A stretch of DNA of 24,715 bases from a virus (taxonomy: Duplodnaviria; Caudoviricetes): positions 1-24,715 of IMG/VR virus record IMGVR_UViG_3300049009_000460. One strand, written 5' to 3'. The position numbers were made by a program, and so were the translations under genes. Shown piece by piece: positions 1-8,186 of the stretch. Below the pieces are notes generated by a model. That model saw only the letters and a program-made list of their open reading frames with translations. It searched no databases and was not told the DNA's origin. Positions within the stretch are counted from its first letter, which is position 1. Each line of letters starts with the position of its first letter.

Positions 1-1
1 T

Positions 2-646
2 ATGAAATCAGAGTCAAACTGGGGTTATAGTGACCCGCCATACCCATCCTTTAAAGCAACCTGTGCGTTGAGTTACATAATTTCTCCAGATAAAAAGAAA
101 TGGCGGAAATTTCATCAAGATTGGGATGGTGAGGTCAAAGTTGACCAATTTAACAAAAGGCAAACCATAGCTTCATTAGATTGGCATGGACGAACAATTG
201 ACATAACAAATATAACTATTACAGAAGTCGTTGTTAGAAATCCTGTTTACATAGACCCAAAAACATCAACGGTTTGGAGGTATCGTAAAATTGAAAAAGA
301 TATTTACTCAAAAAGGGCTTGGCTTTTTAAAAAAATGCCTAATCCAGAAATAACCCCAATTTGGGTTATGGATGACATCTCGTTATTCTTGAGTAAGAAG
401 GAAATGTGCGAGACGGCATTTTTATCCGGGGAGCTTTTAAACAAACTTTGCTCATGGAGTGAAGACCCTCGCAAGTTTCTCTACGAAAAACCAAAAAAAG
501 ACAAGCAGTGCATTATTAAGTCAGTAACCAGACAACTCAAAAAACTGATCAAGACCGTCAAGCCGATATCAGAACAAACCAAAAACTTCTTCAAGCTCGC
601 AGGAGCCTTCAAACACTTAAAAACACAACAAAAATATGCAAATTGA
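2..646 (+). CDS. hypothetical protein (AT-rich, Lys-rich; may be 5'-truncated)
   Basis: 214-aa ORF overlapping the next ORF start; visibly lower GC than the rest of the window; no recognisable motif. Confidence 0.65.
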   Translation: MKSESNWGYSDPPYPSFKATCALSYIISPDKKKWRKFHQDWDGEVKVDQFNKRQTIASLDWHGRTIDITNITITEVVVRNPVYIDPKTSTVWRYRKIEKDIYSKRAWLFKKMPNPEITPIWVMDDISLFLSKKEMCETAFLSGELLNKLCSWSEDPRKFLYEKPKKDKQCIIKSVTRQLKKLIKTVKPISEQTKNFFKLAGAFKHLKTQQKYAN

Positions 647-1217
647 AAATAAAAACCAAAAAATAACCGAATTCGTTGCACTTATCACCCAAGGCATTGA
701 GTGCTGGAACAAGGCCGGTGAAATCGTTGTTCAGCTTCTTGATGAACAGGGACTCACTATTTCCGATATCGCGCAAACTTCAGAGTTTTTGACCGAGGAC
801 ATTGTAACCCGGTTTGAGCAACTGGGGCGCAAGCAACTCCTTCCTCGATTGCTTGTCGCTGACTACCCGGCTGCAAAGCATCTTGTGAGACTCCCATATA
901 GCGAGCAAAAGCGGGCGGTGGAAAGCTCGCTTGATCTACTTGTTTGCGAAGGCAAAGAAGCAAGCATTTTGAAAGTCGGCGTGGAAAACCTGACCCCTTC
1001 ACAATGCAAGCAGGTTTTCGATGGCGACCAAGTTCGCTCTATTGGAGCGCAGCGGGCATGGATCGAGGATAAGCGCAGCACCGAAGAAATTCGCAAAACC
1101 TTAGAGCAACCAGAATCGATTTACCAAGTGCGCGGGAAAAAGATTGTGATTCGCAGACCTTGCGAACTCACGGCAGGCCAACTTGCCGCAATGATTTCTG
1201 AAATAGAGGCAAAATAA
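636..1217 (+). CDS. hypothetical phage protein
   Basis: 193-aa ORF with globular-looking composition, overlapping the upstream stop; followed by the repeated motif. Confidence 0.75.
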   Translation: MQIENKNQKITEFVALITQGIECWNKAGEIVVQLLDEQGLTISDIAQTSEFLTEDIVTRFEQLGRKQLLPRLLVADYPAAKHLVRLPYSEQKRAVESSLDLLVCEGKEASILKVGVENLTPSQCKQVFDGDQVRSIGAQRAWIEDKRSTEEIRKTLEQPESIYQVRGKKIVIRRPCELTAGQLAAMISEIEAK

Positions 1218-1222
1218 CAAAA

Positions 1223-1236
1223 TTTTGACTGATACC
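1223..1236 (+). promoter_or_regulatory. conserved motif TTTTGACTGATACC, copy 1
   Basis: exact copy, intergenic, 29 nt before ATG 1266. Confidence 0.8.
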
Positions 1237-1265
1237 TTTCCCCCGAACAACAACAACCAAACCAC

Positions 1266-1751
1266 ATGACAACACACGAACTCGCAGACAAACAAGACCG
1301 CTATGTAACCGCCCCCGGCAAATACACGGCAAAGGTAAAAGCTCCCGGCAACGGATGGCTTGGAACAACGAAGACCGGCACGGATTTCATCCGCATCCCG
1401 CTCCTCATCGACGATCCGGCCAGCGACCAGCACGGGCGCGAAATCGTCTGGCAGGGCTGGCTCTCGGAGAAGGCCGCAGAGCGCACGGCGAAGACACTCG
1501 ACGAAGCGTTTGGCCGGGAGTGGGACATCCCCACGCTCAATGCCGGCAAAGCGCCATGGCTCGGCAAGCAGTGCCGGATCACCATCGAGGCCGAGGAGGG
1601 AGAGGACGGCAAGGTGCGGCAAAAAGTCAAATGGCTCAACCCGATTGGCTCCGCTCCGCAGGCGCTCCCGGCTGACCGGCTCGCGACACTCAACGAGCGC
1701 ATCCTCGCAGCCCGCACCGCAACCCCAACCGATGACGAAATATCGTTTTAA
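1266..1751 (+). CDS. DUF669-like phage ssDNA-binding protein
   Basis: N-terminal PGKYTAKV..IRIPL strand pattern typical of DUF669 OB-fold proteins; acidic SSB-like C-terminal tip DDEISF; A/C-rich leader. Confidence 0.65.
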   Translation: MTTHELADKQDRYVTAPGKYTAKVKAPGNGWLGTTKTGTDFIRIPLLIDDPASDQHGREIVWQGWLSEKAAERTAKTLDEAFGREWDIPTLNAGKAPWLGKQCRITIEAEEGEDGKVRQKVKWLNPIGSAPQALPADRLATLNERILAARTATPTDDEISF

Positions 1752-1929
1752 CCGAAAAAAAGTCGCCCAAGGGGCCGCAGGGACAGAAACCTGCGGCTCC
1801 GACCGCGAGGACCGCTGGTGGTGGCTCCTTTCCCGGCAGATTAGCGAAGCCTGCGACCGCTTCTGGGCGGCGACCCCGGAGCGGCAGGAAATCGAGGCGA
1901 AACGCAAAAACAACACAAAACTATTCTAA
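1732..1929 (+). CDS. small hypothetical protein (65 aa, MTKYRFNRKK...)
   Basis: 3' part of ORF 1360..1929; ATG at 1732 overlaps the end of the SSB-like gene and the ORF fills the gap to 1946. Confidence 0.55.
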   Translation: MTKYRFNRKKVAQGAAGTETCGSDREDRWWWLLSRQISEACDRFWAATPERQEIEAKRKNNTKLF

Positions 1930-1945
1930 GCACACCAAGCGCCAA

Positions 1946-2371
1946 ATGAATCTCACCCATGACTACCTCATCAAAATCGGTTACCAATGTAACCCGGACG
2001 GAACATACACCAAATCTGTCTCTATCCCTTCCGGGATACCTCACGCCAAGCCTCAACCGGCTCCTCGGCAAACACTGGACCACGCTGGCCCAAGAGAAAG
2101 TCCGCGCAAAGCTCGCACTACTCTCATCATTACGAGAAGCGCATGCTCGCTCCTTGACGCCGACAATTATGCAGGAGGCTGTAAGCCACTTATTGACCAA
2201 CTGCGCTACGCCAAACTCATCGCCGACGACGATCCGGAAACGGTCGAAATCCTCTTCCGGCAAGTCAAAGTCAAAACGAAAGCCGAAGAAATGACCCAAG
2301 TGGAAATATCGCGAAGCTGTGGGGATTTTAAAAGGGGGAACGATGATCTTGTCAAGACAAGTTTTGACTGA
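1946..2371 (+). CDS. RusA-like Holliday junction resolvase, catalytic C-terminal part
   Basis: LLDADNYAGGCKPLIDQLRYAKLIADDD matches the RusA D-x-D-N...K...D...DD pattern; the N-terminus in this frame is not RusA-like. Confidence 0.7.
   Translation: MNLTHDYLIKIGYQCNPDGTYTKSVSIPSGIPHAKPQPAPRQTLDHAGPRESPRKARTTLIITRSACSLLDADNYAGGCKPLIDQLRYAKLIADDDPETVEILFRQVKVKTKAEEMTQVEISRSCGDFKRGNDDLVKTSFD
1959..2294 (+). CDS. overlapping (+1 frame) ORF carrying a RusA-like N-terminal segment
   Basis: LSLPGYLTPSLNRLLGKHW...QEK resembles the P-S-x-N...HW start of RusA-family proteins. Confidence 0.5.
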   Translation: MTTSSKSVTNVTRTEHTPNLSLSLPGYLTPSLNRLLGKHWTTLAQEKVRAKLALLSSLREAHARSLTPTIMQEAVSHLLTNCATPNSSPTTIRKRSKSSSGKSKSKRKPKK

Positions 2372-2375
2372 TACC
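2362..2375 (+). promoter_or_regulatory. conserved motif TTTTGACTGATACC, copy 2
   Basis: exact copy; contains the TGA stop of 1946..2371; 8 nt before the terS ATG. Confidence 0.8.
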
Positions 2376-2383
2376 ATTACCGC

Positions 2384-2749
2384 ATGAAAATCAACCCGAA
2401 ACAAGAGGCGTTCTGCCAAGCCTACGCGAGCGGACTCTCGCTCACGCAAGCTTATGTCAAAGCCGGTTACTCCGAAAAGGGAGCCGGACAAAACGGCGAG
2501 CGATTGATGAAAAATGATGAAATAGCCAAGCGTGTGGACGAACTCCGCGCCAAGGTTGCTGCCAAGATGACCTACAAACGAGAGACCTACATCGAAACGC
2601 TCCGCGAACGGTTCATGGAAATGCCGCCGGAATCGGCAACCTGCGCGAAATATGGCGAGATGCTCGCAAAGGCGATGGGATGGAACGAACCGGAGAAGAT
2701 CGATGTGAACGGCACGATGGACATCAACCTTCGTATCGGTGGCAATTAA
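2384..2749 (+). CDS. terS: terminase small subunit
   Basis: KQEAFCQAY...TQAYVKAGYS helix-turn-helix signature of TerS; directly upstream of terL. Confidence 0.9.
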   Translation: MKINPKQEAFCQAYASGLSLTQAYVKAGYSEKGAGQNGERLMKNDEIAKRVDELRAKVAAKMTYKRETYIETLRERFMEMPPESATCAKYGEMLAKAMGWNEPEKIDVNGTMDINLRIGGN

Positions 2750-4061
2750 CATCGACATCATCCCGCGACCGCAGCTTGCGAGCTACCTGCACCGCACGCA
2801 ACGATGGTCGGTGATGGTGCTGCACCGGCGTGCTGGTAAATCCTTCGTCTGCATCCAAGACTTGATTGCCAAGGCGCTCACCCACAAACGCAGCGGACCA
2901 CCGCTCCGCTATGCTTATGTGGCCCCGACCCGCGAGCAGGCGAAGGACATCGCATGGAAATACCTTGTGCAATTCACCTCTCAAATCCCTGGCGTTGTCG
3001 TGAACAAGGCGGATTTGCAGATCACCTTCCACAATGGCGCAACGATTCGCCTCTACTCCGGCGAAGCCTACGAGCGCCTGCGAGGCATCTACCTCGATGG
3101 CGTCGTGATGGACGAAGCCGCCGACCTTGATCCGGCAGCGTGGGACAATGTCATCCGCCCGACGCTCACCGACTACATGGGTTGGGCGACATGGGTCGGC
3201 ACGCCAAAGGGCCGGAATTCCTTTTGGCGGCAGTGGAACCGGGCGTGCGCGGACAACGACTGGTTCACGCTCATGCTCAAGGCGAGTGAAAGCGGGATCA
3301 TCCCGGAAGAGGAACTCAAAGACATTCGGCGAGGGACCACCGAGAACGCCTTCGCGCAGGAATACGAATGCTCGTTCAACATCGGGCGACCCGGCGCGAT
3401 CTATGTCCGCAGCCTCGAAAAGGCCCGCGCCGAGAAGCGGATCTCAAACGATATTCTGTGGTTCAAGGAACTTCCCGTTTACACAAGCTGGGATGTGGGC
3501 GCTCCGCTCAACCAGAAGGTTTGGGTGTGGCAGATGGTCGGCGACCGGCTCAACTATCTGGAGGCGCTCTCCGGCTCCGATGAGTGCAAGACACCTGCGG
3601 ACTGGGCGGCACGGCTCAAGGACAAGCAATATGCCTACGGCGGCCACTTCATCCCACACGATGCCGCAGCGGAAGTCGGCGGACTCTGGCAGGAGGCGCT
3701 GGGCCGCAGCGGGCTGACCGGCGTCATTCCCGTGCCTCGGCAGCTTTCCGTTTGGGATGGCATCAACCTCGGCAACGATGCCTTCCCGCGCATTCATTTC
3801 AACGAGGCCGGATGCGTGGATGGTCTCGATGCGCTCGATGCCTACCACTCCAAAGAGGAGCGCGATGGGGTGACCATCAAGGATGTGCCGGTGCATGACT
3901 GGTCATCGCACTACTCAGATGCGTTCAGTCTCTCCCACCAGGCTATCAAGCGAGGGATGGTGATCGACCGCTCCGCGATCCCTCGGAAAGCTGAGAGGCA
4001 CGAAGCAACCAAAGTGATGGCAGGATTCCGGGGTGGGGGATTCGGAAAGGTTCGCCGGTGA
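2739..4061 (+). CDS. terL: terminase large subunit
   Basis: Walker A HRRAGKS, Walker B VVMDEAA, GTPKG coupling motif, nuclease motifs SWDVG, PHD and HDWSSHYSDAF; GTG start. Confidence 0.96.
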   Translation: MAINIDIIPRPQLASYLHRTQRWSVMVLHRRAGKSFVCIQDLIAKALTHKRSGPPLRYAYVAPTREQAKDIAWKYLVQFTSQIPGVVVNKADLQITFHNGATIRLYSGEAYERLRGIYLDGVVMDEAADLDPAAWDNVIRPTLTDYMGWATWVGTPKGRNSFWRQWNRACADNDWFTLMLKASESGIIPEEELKDIRRGTTENAFAQEYECSFNIGRPGAIYVRSLEKARAEKRISNDILWFKELPVYTSWDVGAPLNQKVWVWQMVGDRLNYLEALSGSDECKTPADWAARLKDKQYAYGGHFIPHDAAAEVGGLWQEALGRSGLTGVIPVPRQLSVWDGINLGNDAFPRIHFNEAGCVDGLDALDAYHSKEERDGVTIKDVPVHDWSSHYSDAFSLSHQAIKRGMVIDRSAIPRKAERHEATKVMAGFRGGGFGKVRR

Positions 4062-4453
4062 AGCGCCAACTGGAACTCCAAATCCTCGATCTCTACCGGC
4101 GCTACCCCCAGCCGCGATCCTTCGCCGAGGAGGTCGAACTCACCGCATGGAATGGCGTCGTCATCAACACCGAGGACTTCTTCATGCTCGCCCGCCCGGT
4201 GGACATTCACGACCCCGACGAACGCTGGCGCGATGCCGCGCACACATACCACAGGTTGTGTCAGAACTGCTGGCTGATCACCATATATTGTGGTATCAGT
4301 CAAAATAATCCTTGCAACTTCGCGCCGTATACACTTCCCTACATCGCATGGAGTCGGCGAGACCGCCCGCTCCGGATTTACGAAACCTCGAAACTCCTAC
4401 CGCGATGCGACTCACTGATCACACCGAAAATCCCATTCTCTCACCCTGTTTAG
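4058..4453 (+). CDS. hypothetical protein between terL and the pre-portal gene
   Basis: 131 aa, GTG start overlapping the terL TGA stop (GTGA). Confidence 0.7.
   Translation: MKRQLELQILDLYRRYPQPRSFAEEVELTAWNGVVINTEDFFMLARPVDIHDPDERWRDAAHTYHRLCQNCWLITIYCGISQNNPCNFAPYTLPYIAWSRRDRPLRIYETSKLLPRCDSLITPKIPFSHPV
4292..4305 (-). promoter_or_regulatory. conserved motif, inverted copy (GGTATCAGTCAAAA on +)
   Basis: exact reverse complement of TTTTGACTGATACC, inside ORF 4058..4453 in a locally AT-rich patch. Confidence 0.7.
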
Positions 4454-4860
4454 CATGGTTCGGAGGAGGCAAGAAGGGTCCAAGCCAGCAGGCGACTAAA
4501 GCCGCCAAGGCCGAGCAAGCTGCGATGGCGATGGCCACAGCCAAACAAGCCAGAGACCAGCAAGCCACCCAGAAGCAGGCACAGGATCAAGCCGCCGCAC
4601 AAGCTGCCGCACAGCAGCAACAGGTCAGCATCATGGAGCAGCAGAGGAGGGACGCCCTTGCCGCGCAGAACGCCCAGATCGAGGAGATGAAGCGCCAAGC
4701 CGAGGCGAACAAGCCAGCGCCCGCAGCGCAGGTTGACCCCGGCAACCCGCAGGCCGACATGGCTGCGGAAGTGGCCAAGCGCAAGGGTCTCCGCAAATCG
4801 ATCCTCGCCGGGGAATCAGGCCAAGCGCCGATGACGACCGGCTACTCGACTCTCGGTTGA
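4405..4860 (+). CDS. Gln/Ala-rich small virion protein upstream of portal
   Basis: likely ATG 4405 (MRLTDHTENP..WFGGGKK); low-complexity helical middle; C-terminal RKGLRKSILAG...STLG like pre-portal proteins of podoviruses. Confidence 0.7.
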   Translation: MRLTDHTENPILSPCLAWFGGGKKGPSQQATKAAKAEQAAMAMATAKQARDQQATQKQAQDQAAAQAAAQQQQVSIMEQQRRDALAAQNAQIEEMKRQAEANKPAPAAQVDPGNPQADMAAEVAKRKGLRKSILAGESGQAPMTTGYSTLG

Positions 4861-4865
4861 TGCTG

Positions 4866-4879
4866 TTTTGACTGATACC
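4866..4879 (+). promoter_or_regulatory. conserved motif TTTTGACTGATACC, copy before portal
   Basis: exact copy, only 2 nt before ATG 4882. Confidence 0.8.
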
Positions 4880-4881
4880 CA

Positions 4882-6549
4882 ATGACCGGCAACAAACCCG
4901 AACTCGCCGACAAGGTTCTCCAGCGCCACTCGGAGATGGTGCACCAGCGGGCGACATGGGAGTCGCTCTGGGAGGACATCGCCAAGTTCGTCATGCCGCG
5001 CAAGGCATCGATGTTCAATGCGACCACCTCACCCACCACCGACGACGAGGCGCAACTTTTCGATGCGACAGCGGTCCGCGCCAATCTGGTTCTGGCCAAT
5101 GGCCAACTCAGTTGGATGACCCCGCTCGAAAGCCGCTGGTTCTCGCTGGAACCACCCAAGGAGATGGAAAGCGAGGACGAGATCGAGCAATGGTTCAAGC
5201 GTTGCACCGAGGTCATGCAGGCTGAACTCAGCCGCTCCAATTTCTACACTGAGATTCACGAACTCTACCTTGACCGTGGCGCGTTCGGAACGGCGGCGAT
5301 CCTTGCCGAGCAGGGCAAGGTCAATGCCCTCAATTTTACCAAGCTCGACATCGGAACCTTTGCGGTCTCCGAGGACGACGAAGGCTATGTCGATACTCTC
5401 TCCCGCGAGTATGAGATGACCGCCCGCCAAGCCGCGCTCAAGTTCGGCATCGAGAACCTCACCGACTCAATGAAGAAGGAACTGGAGAAGCCGAACTCCA
5501 ACCGCAAGTTTGCCTGTGTTCACCTCATCGCTCCCCGTGGACCGGGCGAGATCGAGCAGGGCAAGCGCGATGCTGAGAACAAGCCCTACGCCAGCATCTA
5601 TGTGGACAAGGCAAGCAAGCATGTCTTCCTGTCCTCCGGGTTCGACGAGCAGCCGTTCTTCGTGACGAGATATTTGAAGTGGAAGAACTCCGAGTGCTAC
5701 GGTTACTCGCCATCGTGGACCGCTCTCCCGGAGTGCAAGCAACTTAACTTTCTTGAAAAGCAACTCGACTCGCTCGCCGAGATTCATGCATTCCCTCGCA
5801 TCTTGATCCCTGCCGGGTTCGATGGAGACATCGATCTCCGCGCTGGTGGCGTGACCTATTTCGACCCCAACAATCCGCAGGCCACACCGAAAGAATGGGG
5901 AACCGGCGGACGCTACGACATCGGCGTCGAGCGGGCCGAACACAAGCGCAAGGCGATCAACGAGGCGTTCCATGTGGACCTCTTCCAGATGTTCGCCCAA
6001 CTCCAAAAGCAGATGACCGCCCGCGAAGTGGCAGAACGCGCCAGCGAGAAGCTCATCCAATTTTCCCCGACCTTCGCCCGCCTCACGACCGAGCTATTCA
6101 ATCCGCTCCTTCGCCGGGTCTTTGCGATCTTGGCCCGCGCTGGCAAGTTCCCACCACCTCCGCAGGCGCTGCAAATGATCGGCGTCATCCCGGAGCCGGA
6201 TGTTGCCTACAACAGCCGCATCGCTCTTGCGATCAAATCCCTCGAAAACGCCGCATTCATTCGCACCAGCGAGATGCTCCTGCCTTATGTGCAGATCAAG
6301 CCGGAGATGCTTGACAATTTCGACTTTGACGAGATCACCCGCGACATGGCCCGCAACGATGGCCTGCCAGCCCGCTGGCTCATGGATGAGGACATGGTCG
6401 CACAAACCCGTGCCGCCCGCGCCCAAGCCGCCCAGCAGCAGATGCAGGCGCAGCAGATGGAGCAGGCTGCGAGCGCCCTCGGTAAGGCGGGCAGCGTGAA
6501 GCAGGATTCCGCCCTCGCCCAGATGCTCCCCGGCATGATGCCCGCATGA
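4882..6549 (+). CDS. portal / head-tail connector protein (T7 gp8-like family)
   Basis: 555 aa; SNFYTEIHELYLD..AFGTA, YGYSP and MTAREVAER motifs; position after terminase. Confidence 0.95.
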   Translation: MTGNKPELADKVLQRHSEMVHQRATWESLWEDIAKFVMPRKASMFNATTSPTTDDEAQLFDATAVRANLVLANGQLSWMTPLESRWFSLEPPKEMESEDEIEQWFKRCTEVMQAELSRSNFYTEIHELYLDRGAFGTAAILAEQGKVNALNFTKLDIGTFAVSEDDEGYVDTLSREYEMTARQAALKFGIENLTDSMKKELEKPNSNRKFACVHLIAPRGPGEIEQGKRDAENKPYASIYVDKASKHVFLSSGFDEQPFFVTRYLKWKNSECYGYSPSWTALPECKQLNFLEKQLDSLAEIHAFPRILIPAGFDGDIDLRAGGVTYFDPNNPQATPKEWGTGGRYDIGVERAEHKRKAINEAFHVDLFQMFAQLQKQMTAREVAERASEKLIQFSPTFARLTTELFNPLLRRVFAILARAGKFPPPPQALQMIGVIPEPDVAYNSRIALAIKSLENAAFIRTSEMLLPYVQIKPEMLDNFDFDEITRDMARNDGLPARWLMDEDMVAQTRAARAQAAQQQMQAQQMEQAASALGKAGSVKQDSALAQMLPGMMPA

Positions 6550-6842
6550 TGGCCCCCGAAGACAAAGCCTCAGCCCTCCGGCGCGAACGCGAGCGCCAGA
6601 AAATCACGAACGCCTACCACCGTGTCTTCGGCAACAAGGATGGCCAGATGGTCATCGATGACATGAAGGCGCAGTTCGCCACCGACTCGCAGGTCTTCCT
6701 GCCTGGTTATGATTTCAATCCCGTTGTTGCCGCCCTGCGCGATGGCCAGCGAGGCGTCCTCCTCCACATTGAGGCGATGCTACGCCGGATGGTCATCGCG
6801 GATGGCGATATCGAAGCCCCTAAACGCAAGGTCAAGAAATGA
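6546..6842 (+). CDS. Bbp19-like small protein
   Basis: AYHRVFG..DGQMVIDD...RDGQRGV pattern; post-portal position as in BPP-1-like phages. Confidence 0.75.
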   Translation: MMAPEDKASALRRERERQKITNAYHRVFGNKDGQMVIDDMKAQFATDSQVFLPGYDFNPVVAALRDGQRGVLLHIEAMLRRMVIADGDIEAPKRKVKK

Positions 6843-7021
6843 GCAAGAAAACCGATTCCAAGCCCGCCCCAAAAGATATCCCGCCCGCGCCAGAGATGGA
6901 GCAGATGCTCGGCGACAAGACGCCCGCTTATGTCGAGTGGATGCGCGACCACCATCCAGAGGAGTTCGCGATCCGCTACGCCGGACGCCGCACCCACCTC
7001 GGCTACCACCCGCATCCGTAG
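6839..7021 (+). CDS. small hypothetical protein (60 aa)
   Basis: ATGA overlap with the upstream stop; codon style like its neighbours. Confidence 0.7.
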   Translation: MSKKTDSKPAPKDIPPAPEMEQMLGDKTPAYVEWMRDHHPEEFAIRYAGRRTHLGYHPHP

Positions 7022-7029
7022 GCGCGCAG

Positions 7030-7043
7030 TTTTGACTGATACC
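7030..7043 (+). promoter_or_regulatory. conserved motif TTTTGACTGATACC, copy before scaffold
   Basis: exact copy, 6 nt before ATG 7050. Confidence 0.8.
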
Positions 7044-7049
7044 TAATTT

Positions 7050-7913
7050 ATGGAAGACACCATCGACACCTCCTCCGAGCAGAGTCTGCTCGACACGGGA
7101 GCCGACACCGCAGACCACGCCGCAGCGCCCGCCGCTCCGGAGACGACCACCACACCCTCCACGGGATATGTCAACGCCGACGGCACTTTCGCCGACGGTT
7201 GGACCAACAACCTCCCGGAGGATTCCGCCGCCTACAAGGACACGCTCTCCAAATACAAAAGCGTTCCCGACATGGCCAAGGCGCTTGCCAATGCCAATCA
7301 ACTCATCGGCAAAAAGCTCGGCATTCCGAACGAGAAATCCTCTCCGGAAGAAGTCTCCGCATTTCGCCGCGCCATGGGCGTGCCGGAGTCGCTCGACGAA
7401 TACAAGTTTGCTCCCGAAGCCCTGCCGGAAGGCATGACATGGAGCGACGATATGGCCAAGCCCTATGCGGAGATCGCGCACAAGCACGGCATCCCGCCCT
7501 CGGCCATGAAGGAACTCGTCAACCAGCATGCCAAGACAGAGATGTTCAAGATGGAGGCGATCCAAGCCACCTTTGAGAAGCAACGCACCGAGGCTGTGCA
7601 GACTCTTCAGAAAGAGTGGGGGAATGACTTTGGAAAGAACATCGGCCTCGCCAAGCAGGCCGCGAAGATCGCTGGGGTGGATGCGAACTCGCACGGTTTC
7701 AGCGATCCCGAAGTGGTTCGCGGATTCGTCCGCATGGCGCAGATGATGAGCGAGGACAAGGTTGGTCGCTCGATGGGCGGCACGGAGTTTTTGACCGGGC
7801 AGTCCCGCGCCAAGGACATCATGTCGAATCCCGAAAACACTTGGCACAAAAAATACATGGAAGGCGACCGTGAGGCCGCTGCCCTTGTCACCTCCCTGCT
7901 CAAGCAGGGTTGA
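7050..7913 (+). CDS. capsid assembly scaffolding protein
   Basis: acidic disordered N-terminus, GVPES..EY and LQKEWG..F motifs, helical composition; lies between portal and capsid. Confidence 0.85.
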   Translation: MEDTIDTSSEQSLLDTGADTADHAAAPAAPETTTTPSTGYVNADGTFADGWTNNLPEDSAAYKDTLSKYKSVPDMAKALANANQLIGKKLGIPNEKSSPEEVSAFRRAMGVPESLDEYKFAPEALPEGMTWSDDMAKPYAEIAHKHGIPPSAMKELVNQHAKTEMFKMEAIQATFEKQRTEAVQTLQKEWGNDFGKNIGLAKQAAKIAGVDANSHGFSDPEVVRGFVRMAQMMSEDKVGRSMGGTEFLTGQSRAKDIMSNPENTWHKKYMEGDREAAALVTSLLKQG

Positions 7914-7918
7914 AACAC

Positions 7919-7989
7919 TGCGGGGTAGTGAAAAGGCATAACACCAGTTTCATAATCTGGAATTCCGAGTTCGACTCTCGGCCCCGCTA
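7919..7989 (+). tRNA. tRNA with CAT anticodon (Met/fMet-like, atypical)
   Basis: cloverleaf: acceptor TGCGGGG/CCCCGCT+A73, D arm GTGA/TAAC, anticodon arm CCAGT-TTCATAA-TCTGG, T arm CCGAG-TTCGACT-CTCGG; no encoded CCA; followed by a T run. Confidence 0.85.
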
Positions 7990-8006
7990 TTTTTTTTAGA
8001 AAAAAG

Positions 8007-8020
8007 TTTTGACTGATACC
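8007..8020 (+). promoter_or_regulatory. conserved motif TTTTGACTGATACC, distal copy upstream of capsid
   Basis: exact copy just after the tRNA. Confidence 0.8.
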
Positions 8021-8047
8021 GCAGTGGCGGTAATGTCAACTTCGTCA

Positions 8048-8131
8048 GAGCAGACACCTCCTTTGTGAGCCTGCTCCCTAATACCCGCCGCCGCTGACCC
8101 CACACGGGACACTCGGAAGCGAAGGGAGCAG
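8048..8131 (+). ncRNA. putative structured RNA leader of the major capsid gene
   Basis: GAGCAG(8048-53) or AGGGAGCAG(8123-31) can each pair with CTGCTC(CCT)(8071-79); two hairpins share an ACAC/C internal loop. Confidence 0.5.
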
Positions 8132-8144
8132 AACAAACCATCAG

Positions 8145-8158
8145 TTTCGACTGATACC
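8145..8158 (+). promoter_or_regulatory. conserved motif variant TTTCGACTGATACC
   Basis: one mismatch; 28 nt before the capsid ATG, which also has a GGAG Shine-Dalgarno. Confidence 0.75.
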
Positions 8159-8186
8159 CAACTCACCAAAAACCAAAGGAGACCAA

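Noticed and set aside
7943-7960. Reading the tRNA anticodon as TCA (opal suppressor or Sec)
   Set aside because: The symmetric 7-nt loop TTCATAA places CAT at 34-36; there is no long variable arm, and TGA is used as a normal stop here
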